Shown here: positions 26,001-36,300 of the stretch, piece by piece
Numbering within the stretch: the first letter of the stretch is position 1
How the letters are laid out: the number at the start of each line of letters is the position of its first letter
Assembly: GCF_011386835.1 (NCBI RefSeq)
Contig: NC_088794.1
Location: 148,118,001-148,182,000, forward strand
Length of the DNA: 64,000 nucleotides
Origin: Chrysemys picta bellii
Lineage: Eukaryota
Direction of reading: 5' to 3'
Made by a program: the position numbers and the translations under genes
The notes under the pieces: model-generated
The model's input: the letters and a program-made list of their open reading frames with translations, nothing else
The model's database searches: none
What the model was told of the DNA's origin: nothing

Positions 26001-29000
26001 TCCCCCCATTAGAGACGAGCCACTTATTCAATCATCTCAAAAGGGACCAAACAGGCCAAGAGAATTGGGGCATGACCATCAAATCTATATCGGGAGGAGG
26101 GGGGAAATGTACTTAAATTGTGAAATATTCCCTCCTGAAAGTTTGAAGGTCATTACATGTGTTGGCTACAATCTTGTACAAGTCTCTGCTTGATCCCGGA
26201 GGTTTTTCTAAAGCCCAGCTGGAGACAGACATGTGCCTGGGACATCTGTCTTAAATAAGAATTCCCAAAGATTTCAGTACAAACTCCTAGGCCGTGCAAC
26301 TAACAAAATCTGGACAGTAACACACCAGTGCTTCAGAACAGAAGGAAGTGCTTCTCCATTCGTCCAGCTTGAGTATTTCATACCAAACAAAAGTCAGACG
26401 GATCGAGCGGTTCAAATTCTCTGGTGGCTGAAACACAACTCAAGTCGGTAGAACTGCAGCCGCTTACAGCAGCACTAGGGTCACCAGATGACAAGAACAA
26501 AATATCAAGACACAGTGGGGGCGCCGCCGAAGCAAAAAAAAGAAAGAAAGAGTGCAAAATATCGGGACAAATGGTGTCCCGACCATACGTTGGTCGGGAC
26601 CTGGGACAAACAACTAAATCTCGGGACAGTCCCGGTTTTATTGGGACGTCTGGTCACCCTAAGCAGCACCGAATTGGGCCCAGCTGGTTGAATTAAAATA
26701 CAACCACCCGTTTGGAACTTTGATGTCTTTCAAGCTTATTCCCGCATACAGAAAGTTTGATCATTTTAACCAAATTGTACCCAAAGGGACAAACCTCAAA
26801 CTATGGCTAGATTGCCTGAGTCAACTCTGCCTCCCATCGTAAAGATCTTTGCAGTGGAGGGGAATAAGTTTAAAAAAACAAACAAAAAAAAGACATATAT
26901 TTTAAATCCCTACAGGGTTCCATAGTGGTTGGACTAGATTATGATTGTCGGGAAAAAATGGTCTATTGGACAGACGTTGCTGGTCGGACAGTTAACCGAG
27001 CAAGTTTAGAACCAGGGGCTGAACCTGAAACCATTATTAACTCAGGTAAATCACCATTTCCTTTGGATTGAATATGGCTGGTTTGAATAGAGACATTGAA
27101 GCTGCTGTCCACATAGCAGAATCACAGTGGGGCTGGGAAGGAGGAATTTTTGAGCTCTAATCACAGCTTTGACGTGGTCGCTCTCAATAACCTTTGGCAA
27201 GCCATTATCTGCCTGGCTTTCCCCATTAGGCATCACAAATTATGATCGATTCGGGGGAGGAGAGCTAGATGGAACAACAGGGATAATAGTAAACCACCCG
27301 ACGGGGTACAGGGAGGATTAATTACGATATTACAAAATGTAAAGTACTACTGTAGAACCTCAGAGTTACGAACACCAGAGTTACAAACTGACCAGTCAAC
27401 CACACACCTCGTTTGGAAGCAGAAGCATGCAGTCAGCCAGCAGCAGAGATGCGGGGAGGGAAGCAAATACAGTACAGTGCTGTGTTAAATGTAAACTACT
27501 AAAAAAATCAAGGGAAAGCAGCATTTTTCTTCTGCCCAGTAGTTTCAAAGCTGTATTAAGTCAATGTTCAGTTGTAAATTTTTGAAAGAACAACCAGAAC
27601 ATTTTGTTCAGAGTTACGAACATTTCAGAGTTACAACCTCCATTCTGGAGGTGTTCATTACCCTGAGGTTCTACTGTACGTAAATACCAAGTCTGATCAC
27701 AAAATACTCCCTTGCCCATATACTGACAGTGGTTCTCTTTTCACTTCCTTCCAGGCCTGATGAGTCCCGAAGGACTCACCATCGACCACTTCCGCAGAAC
27801 CATGTTTTGGACAGATAGCGGCCTGGACAAAATTGAGCGTGCAAGATTGGATGGTTCAGAGCGGCGAGTTCTGTTTGATACAGACCTTGTGAATCCTCGT
27901 GCAATTGCTGTGGACGCAATTAGAGGGTAAATGGCAGCACAGCACCCATGCTGTAAAAGGCGGTATTCTTACAGACCTTTGTGTCGTTATGTTCGTATGG
28001 TGGGTTGGACTGAAATGAGATTCACCCACAGGGCAACTGACTACAATGCTGGACCTAGGAGCTGCATTTTCCGTGTTAAAAGTCAGACCCATAATTCACC
28101 ACTAGCACCATTCCAATAGTGGGAGCTGTAGTGTAAACAGGTCTCACAACAGGGTTAGACAAACCTGCTAGTAAGTACATTGGCATCCTGGCTACCCCAT
28201 TGGAAAAGCACTGGTGAATAAGTGAACTGAATTTTCCTCATGTGCATGCTGCCCCCTACAGTCATTTATTAATCAGTCACTGGCCTGAGACAAAACTCTT
28301 CTTGCTCTGAGTAAATGCTACCGGCTGCAAAGCAAGTAATAGTGGTAATATCTGGCGTGATAGACATTTCGCTCTCGTGTGCACACGCTCCAGATAGTTA
28401 TTTCCTTAAGGGTGTGTAGGAAGGAAGCTCTCAAGATCAGAGTGTGAAACACTTTTACCCTCCTATTTACTAATTTAATATTTGGCTAAATTTACCAGTT
28501 ATATGCAGTGTTCAGATTTAAAATATCATTGAAAGGGTTTGAATCTTGTGCAAATTTGGAACACTTTTTTATGAAGAGTGCTTATAACACCCCATGTTCG
28601 TACATTTGCTGTCTAGAAAGTTAATGGGACTGGCCCTAATTACAGAAGAATAGCTTCAATCTAATCGTTGCAAATGACTTGTTGTAAAAACACATTCGGA
28701 GCTTGTTCAGCTTTCCTTTTAGGGAATGTCACATCCGCTAATGATCTGTTCCATAAAGCAGACCGAGAGGTCTGGGACTTTTCTGATCGTTCTTGCAATT
28801 CTGTTTTTTTAAATTGGTTCACCCACTGTGAATCTTTACTGTGGTTTGTTAATTGACTCCCCCACAGCAACCTTTACTGGACTGACTGGAATCGTGAAGC
28901 ACCTAAAATTGAAACCTCAACCGTAGATGGAGCTAACAGAAGGATTCTGGTGAATAAAGACATCGGCTTACCAAATGGCTTGACTTTTGACCCTTTCTCC

Positions 29001-32000
29001 AAACTGATTTGCTGGGCAGACGCAGGTAACTTAAGCTAATACAGATTGAAACATAGCACATCTATAAAAATTCTCCATACACTTCCCATCATCCCCCTTA
29101 TAAAAAACAAACAGGGAGTGGACTTTTTCACACATTGCCTGTCTAAACATGACAAATTTTAGATTGAAAGGCAAAAAATACTTTACTGACTTCTGAATAT
29201 AATAAGGTGGGCTTGCTGAAGCTGTGTAATGTTATTTTCTGTTAAGTGGGTTAGCTGGCCTCTATCAGCTAAAACATTGTGGACGATTTTCCTCTACCCC
29301 ACGTTAGGTTTATGTATGTGAATGAAGTGTGGATGTCTTCAGAGGTTAAGTGGGCGTTGGGCAGACAGGCTTTAGAGCCACCGGCAGAGGGTAGTATAGA
29401 CCAAAGGCTTTCAACTTCAAGCAGTAGAATGCAGAAGAGACTGTAACTCGACCTGGATAGGAAATTTTTGTTTTTAAAGGAAAGGTGAAATAATTTAACT
29501 TCTAAAATTGGGATGCCTGTATATAGTTTCTAAAAAAAGTGTTCCTTATTTGGATTTCTCCGCAATTCTTTTGCAGATGGTTTTGACTGTCATGAATATT
29601 AATGTGGAATTGTAACATTTAACACACAACAGCTAGTACTTCATCACAAGAATGTATTGGCTGCTATACACAGATGGACATTTTCTGTACTATACAGCAT
29701 CGAAGGAGAACGCATGTGTAGCTGCATTTTGGACTGAGATATGTTTAGGACTAAGTTTAGAATCCACATGGGTCTTTCAGTGACTACTGTATATATGACA
29801 CAGATTGAAGAACTGAGCCTCTGTACAGAGGCACATAGACAAAAATAAAGTACCGTATATACTCATTCATTAGCCCATTTGTTTATAAGCCGACTCCCCC
29901 AAGATGAATAGGTAAAAATAGCAAAAACTGTATCATCCTTTCATAAGCCGACCCTGTATTTCAGGGGGTGCCAAACTTTGGCTCCCAGCCCATCAGGGTA
30001 AGTTGCTAGCGGGCCAGGACGTTTTATTTACCTGGAGTGTTCGCAGGCACGGAGCCCCTCAGCTCCCAGTGGCTGTGGTTTGCAGTTCCCAGCCAATAGG
30101 AGTTGTGGGAAGGGGCATGGGCTGAGGGACATGCTGGCCACCACGTCCCGCAGCTCCCATGGGCTGGGAACAGCGAAGTGGGGCCAGTGGGAGCTGAGGG
30201 GCTCCGGGCCTGCGAACACTCCAGGCAAACAAAATGACAAAGTATTAGATATTCAATTCAATAGAGCTTAAAATCATCAAATTTTGGTGTAGAGCCGTTG
30301 ATAAGCCGACCCCTGCTCTTTAATGCTTATGAACAAGTATATATAGAAATTGCTTTCCTTTACATCCCTATAGTGGATTGAGCAGAGGTGCATGCATACC
30401 TGCCCAGTCAAACTGGGAATTCCATTTCAGTCTCTATACTCCCACTATAGAACCAATTCCTCTAGGGTAAAGAAAACACCCTAGAAAACCAAAATTCTAG
30501 TTATCCTCCATTATGTGGATTTTCACATTCTTTAGAAGGAAGGGACCTAGGATACAAGTTCACTCATCAGGACTGTTCTGATCATCATTAGGCCACAATA
30601 TGCTGTGGCCTACTAGCCTGAGTAAAATTCCATGGAAAATACACTATTTCTTGCCTGATTAAATGTTTTATTTGTAAAAGGTACCAAGAAGCTGGAGTGC
30701 ACGTTACCAGATGGAACAGGAAGGCGTGTCATTCAGAATAACCTCAACTACCCCTTCAGCATTGTTAGTTATGCCAATCACTTTTATCACACTGACTGGA
30801 GAAGGTAGGCTAGTAACTATTACACCATGCCAGCATGTCATCTTTAAGCAGCAATCCAGCCTATTGTATTATTGACAGTTATGGGGTGGTTTGGGGGTTT
30901 TCTGTTCCATAGCAGTTAACATTATTCAGTGTAGGCTGAATAATGTTAACTCACAAAAATATCAAGTTCTTGTTTTCCAAGTTTCCTTGGTACTAGAGAC
31001 AGCTAAAATTCAGTTGAAAACCCCTAAGTGAAATTAATATACAAGTTAGTCACTTTCACAGAAACCATCTGTGTCAAATACACTGCAAAATCAACCCCAT
31101 GTTCCTCAAGCCAGTTCTGTTTAGTAGTCCTGTCAATGGAGGCCTAAATGTAATATGCACTTTGCATTAAAAGCAGTGTACAAATGGTATATAATTATTT
31201 TAAAAGAACCTACCCCCAGCTTTCACATTATCTGTGCAAAAACAAACAAACAAAAAAAATCATCTATGAATGGTGCTACAACTATATTTTTATAAAACTA
31301 GTGCCATTATGCTTTTTTTTTTTTTTTTTTTTTTAAATAAAGTAAAAAGCTTGACTCCCTTTTCCAAACATGCCCCATACCAAAGGCCCTCTTCCTGTTC
31401 CTTCTACCCACTCCAAAAAACCCTTATAGTGACAGTGCTGGCAACAAGGAACCAGTCCTGACCTCATTGCAGGCATTCATGCAATCCCATTACATTATTT
31501 TCAATTTAAACCTGTACGTCTTTTCCAAATGTTCAGTGACACAGACAGTTGGGAGGCAATACCGCCTCCTTGGAAAGGCCCCTTAGTGATTCTGCCCTGG
31601 GCTGATTAAAATAATAACACTAACACAACGAATCGTCTTGATGCAGTGAGGTTCTCCGGCCTGTGTTATGCAGGAGGTCAGAATAAATTATAATGGTTCT
31701 GTGTGTCTTAAATTCTGTGAACATAAATCCTCTTTCAGGAGTAGTTCTATTTCTGTGGGAAACTAAAGCATTTCTCACTTTTGTTAATAGGGATGGTGTT
31801 ATAGCTGTGAATAAAGACAATGGCTTCCTTACGGATGAGTATCTTCCAGAGCAGAGATCACATCTCTATGGAATAACTGCAGTTTACCCATACTGCCCAG
31901 GAGGTAAAGTCCATCTTGTTTAGTGTAGACCAGCTATTTGCCAATATGTAAATTTCACTGTATTAACAGGAACTTTAATCTATTTCCTCTCGCTCTCTGC

Positions 32001-32013
32001 AGCAAGAAAATAA
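2029..32013 (+). CDS. NID2: Nidogen-2, 5'-partial multi-exon CDS (17 exons in window, probably exons 6-22 by human numbering)
   Basis: Joined exons translate without stops from [19 protein letters not shown] to YPYCPGARK*; domain order EGF-G2-EGFx4-TY1x2-YWTD propeller with no terminal EGF matches NID2 rather than NID1; adjacency to RTRAF matches human synteny. Confidence 0.97.
2262..2507 (+). CDS. NID2: NID2 exon, G2 domain part 1 (246 nt)
   Basis: ttcccag|...ACTG|gtaagt; [12 protein letters not shown]...[22 protein letters not shown]. Confidence 0.95.
3872..4072 (+). CDS. NID2: NID2 exon, G2 domain part 2 (201 nt)
   Basis: cattgtag|...TCAG|gtatga; [17 protein letters not shown]...[12 protein letters not shown]. 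Confidence 0.95.
4657..5073. mobile_element. hAT-type MITE (TAGGGTTGCCA termini)
   Basis: TIR tagggttgcca / tggccacccta; perfect 8-bp TSD TTTCCTGC on both sides. Confidence 0.88.
5426..5656 (+). CDS. NID2: NID2 exon, G2 domain part 3 (231 nt)
   Basis: ttttgcag|...GAAG|gtgagc; [19 protein letters not shown]...[14 protein letters not shown]. Confidence 0.95.
5988..6169 (+). mobile_element. CR1 LINE 3' fragment
   Basis: ...gtgaagcactggaatgggttacctaggg...ttccaaccctaatctcctatgattctatga; encodes the [25 protein letters not shown] tail. Confidence 0.92.
8043..8104. repeat. Tandem repeat, 23-bp unit x2.7
   Basis: tttaaagggcatgttgtgtgga(c/a) starting at 8043, 8066, 8089. Confidence 0.9.
9105..9390 (-). 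mobile_element. Degraded CR1 3' fragment
   Basis: Reverse complement of CR1 tail: gggaccattgtgatcatc.., gatggagaatccacc.., aacttccagccattgg. Confidence 0.7.
9845..9970. repeat. Unclassified interspersed repeat rich in TAGGCACCTA-like motifs (related copies near 1280-1345, 11460-11600, 23060-23095)
   Basis: Recurrent aggcacctaa / ttaggtgcct words in both orientations; family not identified. Confidence 0.5.
10805..10990 (+). mobile_element. Old MIR/CORE-type SINE
   Basis: tRNA-like head then ctctgccact..gaccttgggcaagtcacctcac core; similar degraded copies at 12310-12460 (-), 21300-21420, 47265-47465, 55845-55950, 56140-56270. Confidence 0.65.
11078..11221 (+). CDS. NID2: NID2 exon, EGF-like domain with RGD (144 nt)
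   Basis: aatctag|...GTGG|gtaagt; [48 protein letters not shown]; not reported in the ORF track because there is no upstream start codon. Confidence 0.95.
13074..13202 (+). CDS. NID2: NID2 exon, calcium-binding EGF domain (129 nt)
   Basis: ctgctcag|...GTGC|gtaagt; [43 protein letters not shown]. Confidence 0.95.
14488..15135. mobile_element. hAT-type MITE (CAGGGGTGGGCAAAC termini)
   Basis: TIR caggggagggcaaac / gtttgcccacccctg; same internal sequence as 33787-34429; TSD not recognisable. Confidence 0.8.
15140..15412 (+). mobile_element. CR1 3'UTR fragment
   Basis: Resembles 170-420 (atttggggtc.ggaaggaattt..; gactagatgatcacgatggccccttctggccttaaagt). Confidence 0.7.
15471..15614 (+). CDS. NID2: NID2 exon, EGF-like domain (144 nt)
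   Basis: ctttccag|...TCTG|gtatgt; [48 protein letters not shown]. Confidence 0.95.
18797..19285 (-). mobile_element. CR1 LINE, 5'-truncated, ORF2 C-terminus intact
   Basis: ORF 18872-19288: [61 protein letters not shown]; tail (gattct)n at ~18797-18812. Confidence 0.95.
19345..19464 (+). CDS. NID2: NID2 exon, calcium-binding EGF domain (120 nt)
   Basis: ttccgcag|...CCTG|gtaagg; [40 protein letters not shown]. Confidence 0.95.
19961..20930. mobile_element. Tc1/mariner Tigger-like non-autonomous element containing a (CA)n microsatellite at ~20110-20152
   Basis: Starts ta|caggaactcctcgcttaacg; degenerate inverted end ..cgttaaccgag near 20915-20930. Confidence 0.65.
21984..22226 (+). CDS. NID2: NID2 exon, thyroglobulin type-1 domain 1 (243 nt)
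   Basis: gcgggcag|...TCAG|gtgagt; [11 protein letters not shown]...[25 protein letters not shown]...PPRCRTS; acceptor has a weak pyrimidine tract but the phase fits. Confidence 0.9.
22810..22933 (+). mobile_element. CR1-type 3' end fragment
   Basis: gttcactccctctggggc..gacaggatgctgggctggatggacctttggtctg..ttcttatgttctta tail. Confidence 0.7.
22957..23004. repeat. Compound (GC)n/(CA)n microsatellite, 48 bp alternating purine-pyrimidine
   Basis: gcgcgcgcacacacgcgcacacac...acac. Confidence 0.95.
24026..24247 (+). CDS. NID2: NID2 exon, thyroglobulin type-1 domain 2 (222 nt)
   Basis: cgctgtag|...CCGT|gtgagt; [23 protein letters not shown]...[31 protein letters not shown]. Confidence 0.95.
24515..24625 (+). 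mobile_element. Penelope-like element relic with strongly degenerate hammerhead motif
   Basis: cggaggaagaac..gcttgaaagctggtctctctctcaccaagagaagtgggtccaataaaagatatgacgtcacccaccttgtctctc; homologous to the arms at 54160-54305. Confidence 0.6.
24872..25041 (+). CDS. NID2: NID2 exon, linker and start of G3 (170 nt)
   Basis: ctgacag|...GCAT|gtaaag; [57 protein letters not shown]. Confidence 0.93.
25477..25639 (+). mobile_element. tRNA-derived SINE with CR1 3' tail (tortoise polIII/SINE type), 5'-truncated
   Basis: B-box gagttcaatcc, then ggactagatgacctcctgaggtcccttccaaccc..attctatga. Confidence 0.9.
25642..26305 (-). mobile_element. Possible solo LTR
   Basis: TG...CA ends (tgaaagac / caactaaca), TATAAAA on - at 25967-25973; no TSD found. 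Confidence 0.4.
26476..26661. mobile_element. hAT-type MITE (TAGGGTGACC family)
   Basis: TIR tagggtcaccagatg / cgtctggtcacccta; perfect 8-bp TSD AGCAGCAC. Confidence 0.9.
26916..27045 (+). CDS. NID2: NID2 exon, G3 YWTD repeat (130 nt)
   Basis: cctacag|...TCAG|gtaaat; [43 protein letters not shown]. Confidence 0.95.
27350..27676. mobile_element. Tigger-like MITE
   Basis: ta|ctgtagaacctcagag ... ctgaggttctactg|ta; TA flanks. Confidence 0.8.
27755..27926 (+). CDS. NID2: NID2 exon, G3 YWTD repeat (172 nt)
   Basis: ccttccag|...GAGG|gtaaat; [57 protein letters not shown]. Confidence 0.95.
28868..29025 (+). CDS. NID2: NID2 exon, G3 YWTD repeat (158 nt)
   Basis: cccacag|...GCAG|gtaact; [53 protein letters not shown]. 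Confidence 0.95.
29853..30330. mobile_element. Tc1/mariner (Tc2-like) non-autonomous element with internal palindrome at ~30025-30230
   Basis: ta|ccgtatatactc start; repeated ataagccgac motifs; cctggagtgttcgcaggcacggagcccctcagctccc pairs with gggagctgaggggctccgggcctgcgaacactccagg; right end not resolved. Confidence 0.6.
30681..30804 (+). CDS. NID2: NID2 exon, G3 (124 nt)
   Basis: tgtaaaag|...GAAG|gtaggc; [41 protein letters not shown]. Confidence 0.95.
31791..31903 (+). CDS. NID2: NID2 penultimate coding exon (113 nt)
   Basis: gttaatag|...GGAG|gtaaag; [38 protein letters not shown]. Confidence 0.95.
32003..32013 (+). CDS. NID2: NID2 last exon coding part (A-R-K-stop)
   Basis: ctctctgcag|CA AGA AAA TAA; matches the human C-terminus ...CPTGRK*. 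Confidence 0.9.
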
Positions 32014-32730
32014 TCAGCTACTTCAAGTAAAAAAAGTTCAATCTTTACACCTGGAGGAAGAATTCCAGACCCAGAAAATGATCACCACATACAGTTGAGG
32101 GGAAGAAAGTCTGCAAAAAAGAGGCCATTGATATTTACTGAAGATAATGAAGTGATCTATTTTAGTACAAAAGATTATCAAGTATTTTTTAAGTTATACC
32201 TCAATCTTTACTACTGTATTTTTTTAAAAAGACATTTTGATATATTGCAAGAAAATATAATGGCTCTGGGAATACTATGCCATTACTCTAATTTTTGCTT
32301 ATGTAAGCAATTTTTAAAAAAAGTCTTAATGTAACTTTCTTAATCCATTGTTTTATTGTATGGGAAGGAATTAAAACACAAATCGACAATCTGACCAATA
32401 GGTTCTTTTTTAGCTAAAAAGTTAAATGTGTATGGAAAGATTTTAATGCAATGTCTTACCTGGGTCAATTAATCTACAGCCCTGATTTTGAGTATTTAGG
32501 AAATTATGCCAAACTGTCATGGGAAATGGCAAATGCATTAAAGATTTTCCAACATACAGTTCTAGATATATCTTTCCCTCTGCCTCAATGCATGTCTTTT
32601 AGTATTTATATTAGAATATGCTAACTTGATGGTCCTTAAGTGCCTCCAGAGAACTACCCATTACTGACCAATACATGTTCGTAAATACCTGTTAAACTGT
32701 AATGTCTCACTTTTTCTAGGTTACTTCAGT

Positions 32731-32740
32731 AATAAATAAA
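32731..32740 (+). promoter_or_regulatory. Probable NID2 polyadenylation signal (overlapping AATAAATAAA)
   Basis: AATAAA twice, ~720 nt after the stop, followed by a GT/T-rich tract (gcgtttgtttt). Confidence 0.65.
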
Positions 32741-32984
32741 GCGTTTGTTTTGAATTTTCCATATGACCTAGTTTTTAAATGTTTTTGTTGCATAGCAGAG
32801 TTCAGAGTAGTAGTAATTGTGCCAAAACCAGGATTTCATAATGCAGGACTATAGCAACACAGAATTCCACAAATCTTTATATAACACGCCCTTTTAAACA
32901 CAAAATCAAAGATAAGGAATGAGAAGGACTACTATACTTAGCAACTTATAGATACAAATTGTTCTGTTTAGCTATTTCCCCAAC

Positions 32985-32990
32985 TTTATT
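32985..32990 (-). promoter_or_regulatory. Probable RTRAF polyadenylation signal
   Basis: tttatt on + = AATAAA on -, ~157 nt after the RTRAF stop. Confidence 0.6.
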
Positions 32991-33146
32991 TAAAGAAAAA
33001 TGATGGTAATTCACTAGACCAGTCAGAATTCCATTTCCTCTTTGCTCTCTTTCAAAATAGAGAAATCTCCATTTCAAAATGCATGCCAGAGTTGTACTTA
33101 GTACAATTAGGAACTAAGTACACAGGAAACTACAGTCTTAACTTGC

Positions 33147-33301
33147 TCATCTTCCAACTTTCCCCAGTCTGTGGTCTGTCTTTGGATCAGCAATAATTGC
33201 CTGAACTGCTACGATGGCTTCATTAATTTTTGTTTGCAGCTCTCGGAGTTCCTCTATATGCAGCAATCGAAGAATTTGGGCAGCTTCATTAAGGACAGCA
33301 T
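33147..33301 (-). CDS. RTRAF: RTRAF exon 8 coding part (155 nt)
   Basis: aactag|AT...AGA TGA; DAVLNEAAQILRLLHIEELRELQTKINEAIVAVQAIIADPKTDHRLGKVGR*. Confidence 0.95.
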
Positions 33302-36300
33302 CTAGTTCATTGGCAAAAGGAGATATGGATTAATGGTTAATAAGCACTTTCAATTTACAGACATGGAGACAGACCAGAATAATTTCTAAACCAATTCACA
33401 GTTGTATGAAAACTCAGAGCACGAACTAAGTGAACAAAGGAACTGCAGCAGACCTGAAAATGAATTAGTTTAATGGTAAAAGGGATATCTGTGCCAGTCA
33501 GATTAGACTAGACTGTAGACAGTTGGCCATTATTCACTCAAACAGAGAGCACACCAGTTTGTACTATTACATCTGGCTAAAGCATCCTACTTGCAAACCA
33601 ATAATCAAAACACAGCAGATCACCACTAGTCCCTTTGGCAACCATTAAATCAACACAAGTCCTCTGCCAGGAGAAACAAGGTTTTGACAGTGTCTTGTTA
33701 AAAGGATAAAGCCCTCCTGCAATAAAATATGTCAGCCTTTACATGGCCGCAACATATAACCATTATCCTGAGATATTATTCTACTCCAGAGGTGGGCAAA
33801 CTGGGCTGCGGGCCAGATCCAGCCCGCAGGATTGCCCCCCATGGCGCTGTGGGCCCCGTGCTGCGCTCAGAAGCGGCCGGCACCAAGTCCCTGCAGTTCC
33901 CAGGCAGGGGGCAAAGGGCTCCGTGCATTGCCCATGCCTCCAGGCACTGCCCCCCACAGCTCCCACTGACCAGGAACGGGGAACCGTGGCCAGTGGGAGC
34001 TTCGGGGGAGGTACCTGAAGGCGTGGCAAGGGCAGCGCATGCAGAGCCCTCTGCTCCCCCTTCCCCAGGGGCTGCAGCGCTTCCTGGAGCAACGTAGGGT
34101 CAGGGACAGGGCAGGCAGGGAGCCTGCCTTGGCCCGGTGCGCACCGCTTCCACCCTGGAGCCGCTTTAGGTAAGAGGCACTGGGCTGGAGCCTGAACCCC
34201 TCCTGCACCCCGCTCCTCAACTCACTGGCCTAAGCCCCCTCCTTGCACCTCGCATCCCAACTCCCTGCCCTGAGCCCCCTCATACACCCCATGCCCCTCC
34301 TCTGCCCCAATCCCTTGCCCTAAGCCCCTTCCTGCACACCGCACCCCCTCCCACACCCTAACCCCCTGCCCTGCATACAATTTCCCCACCCAGGTGTGGC
34401 CCTTGGCCCAAAAAGTTTGCCCACCCCTGTTCTACTCCATCAATATAGTCGTCTACTTTTATGCTCCAGCAGAAGGTGGAAGAGAACTTTTGTAAACAAG
34501 TTCCTGTAAGTAAGAAAAACATCCCTTTTGGCTTCTGGAAAAATAATGCCTTCTTACTGTACACATCATATACTTCTAGAGATTAGCTATGTACTTAGTC
34601 CAATGCAGCATCACTGTTAAACCATATATAAAAAATAAAATCTCTTACCTCCGGTGTCAAAACCAAGAATGTGCTTTTCTAAAGCAACAGGCAAACCCTT
34701 GAAGGAAAAAAAAATTTAAAATGCCATTAGAAATGCTTGGGGGGGGGGGGAAATCAGACATTGACTAAATAACTTTGAAGTAAAATGGACCATAATTTTG
34801 CCCCACTAAAACACAAATGTGATCATTCTGGTTGAACCCACCTGAGTACCATGTTCCCCACAAGGACAGCATTTGACCCAGTGTAGTGCAATGTGTAATC
34901 TCGCTGTACATAAAAAAGGAAAGTTTCATCCTTAACACCATTCCCTACGTTCATTCGTTATCTCGCCTGTTCGTAGAGCACAGAGTGCACACTTTGGATC
35001 ACCTGTTTCCAAAGAGCCTGGTCTGCCATCGTTGCGGCCTGCTCTATACTCAGGCAGATGAGGCTGGAAGCTACAACCGCTCTCCAGCGTGAGGCACAAG
35101 GTCTTCTACATCCAGCTTTTATTGGATTAAATGCATAAGTCTGGTATGGACTCTGGCATACAGACCAGATGGCCAAGCCACCTGAGCCAGTGTTGAGTCA
35201 TTTGGGAAGATATCGGCGGCTGGCTGGTCTGTTGCCTGACATACTCGTTCGTAATGTGATGAAACCACCATACGCCTTCAATACATCGCAGTAGTTTCAT
35301 GTCCAAAGTATTCAGCTGGGGCATTTATGTGTCTGTGGTGGCCCAGGTTTCAGAGCCACACAAAAGGACAAAAGCCCCTTCTGCTTGATAGATTTGCATC
35401 TTAAGAGTTGATATGTGGCCAGAGGCTTCCAAAGAGCATGCGTAACACCCAGAAACTTGCTTATTTGATGACTTTCAGGGCATTGATATGGTTCGTTCGT
35501 GAGGATGCGAATATAGCCACGTCATCTGCATATTCCAAGCTTGCTATGCAGAAGTCAGACAGTACAACCCTCCGTATGCAGCTAATGACGGCTTCCTTAG
35601 TCGGTCAATAATGGTGTTGAACAATTCTGGGGCAGCCAGGCACCTTGGTGGGTGCCTGAGTTGTATTCAAACCAGCTGGACATCCGAGCACCTAAGCGGA
35701 CACAGCTGTCACTTTGGCACTGCATTTCTACGAGACGATTGAGGAGCTTGCCAGGCACACCAGCAGCCAAAGGGGGCAACGATCAATAAAGTCAAAGGCG
35801 GCTTTTAAACCTACAAAGGCTGTATGCACTTCGTCCTTCCTCTGCTGAAACTCGAGCCTTTTCAATAAATTGGTCTAATGATAAAAATCTGCTCAGTGGT
35901 TGACTGGCCAGGTAATAAACCCTAGATGTAAACGGCATAGATTCCTTACGGCAGGCTTAACACACTCAAGCACTACCAGCATGAACAGTTTGTTTGGAAG
36001 GTAAAGCAAAAAGCTTTATTTGGACAATGTTTGGAACACACCAGAGAATCACCTTTTCCTTTCCAAAATGGGAGACTGGCACCAGTCAGGGGGAGTTTCT
36101 CATGACTCCATACTCCCACGATGAAATCCCTGCCATGCTTGAACAGCTCGGCAGCTATATGACAAATACGAGCGGCACAGCCATTCTTGAGCTTACATGC
36201 TGAGCTTCAAACCTCCTCGACAGGGACAGATTCTACATTATACAGAGGGGTGATCACTGGACTCTTCGCATCCTCCTGGAGCTGCAGCTCTGATGTGGCA

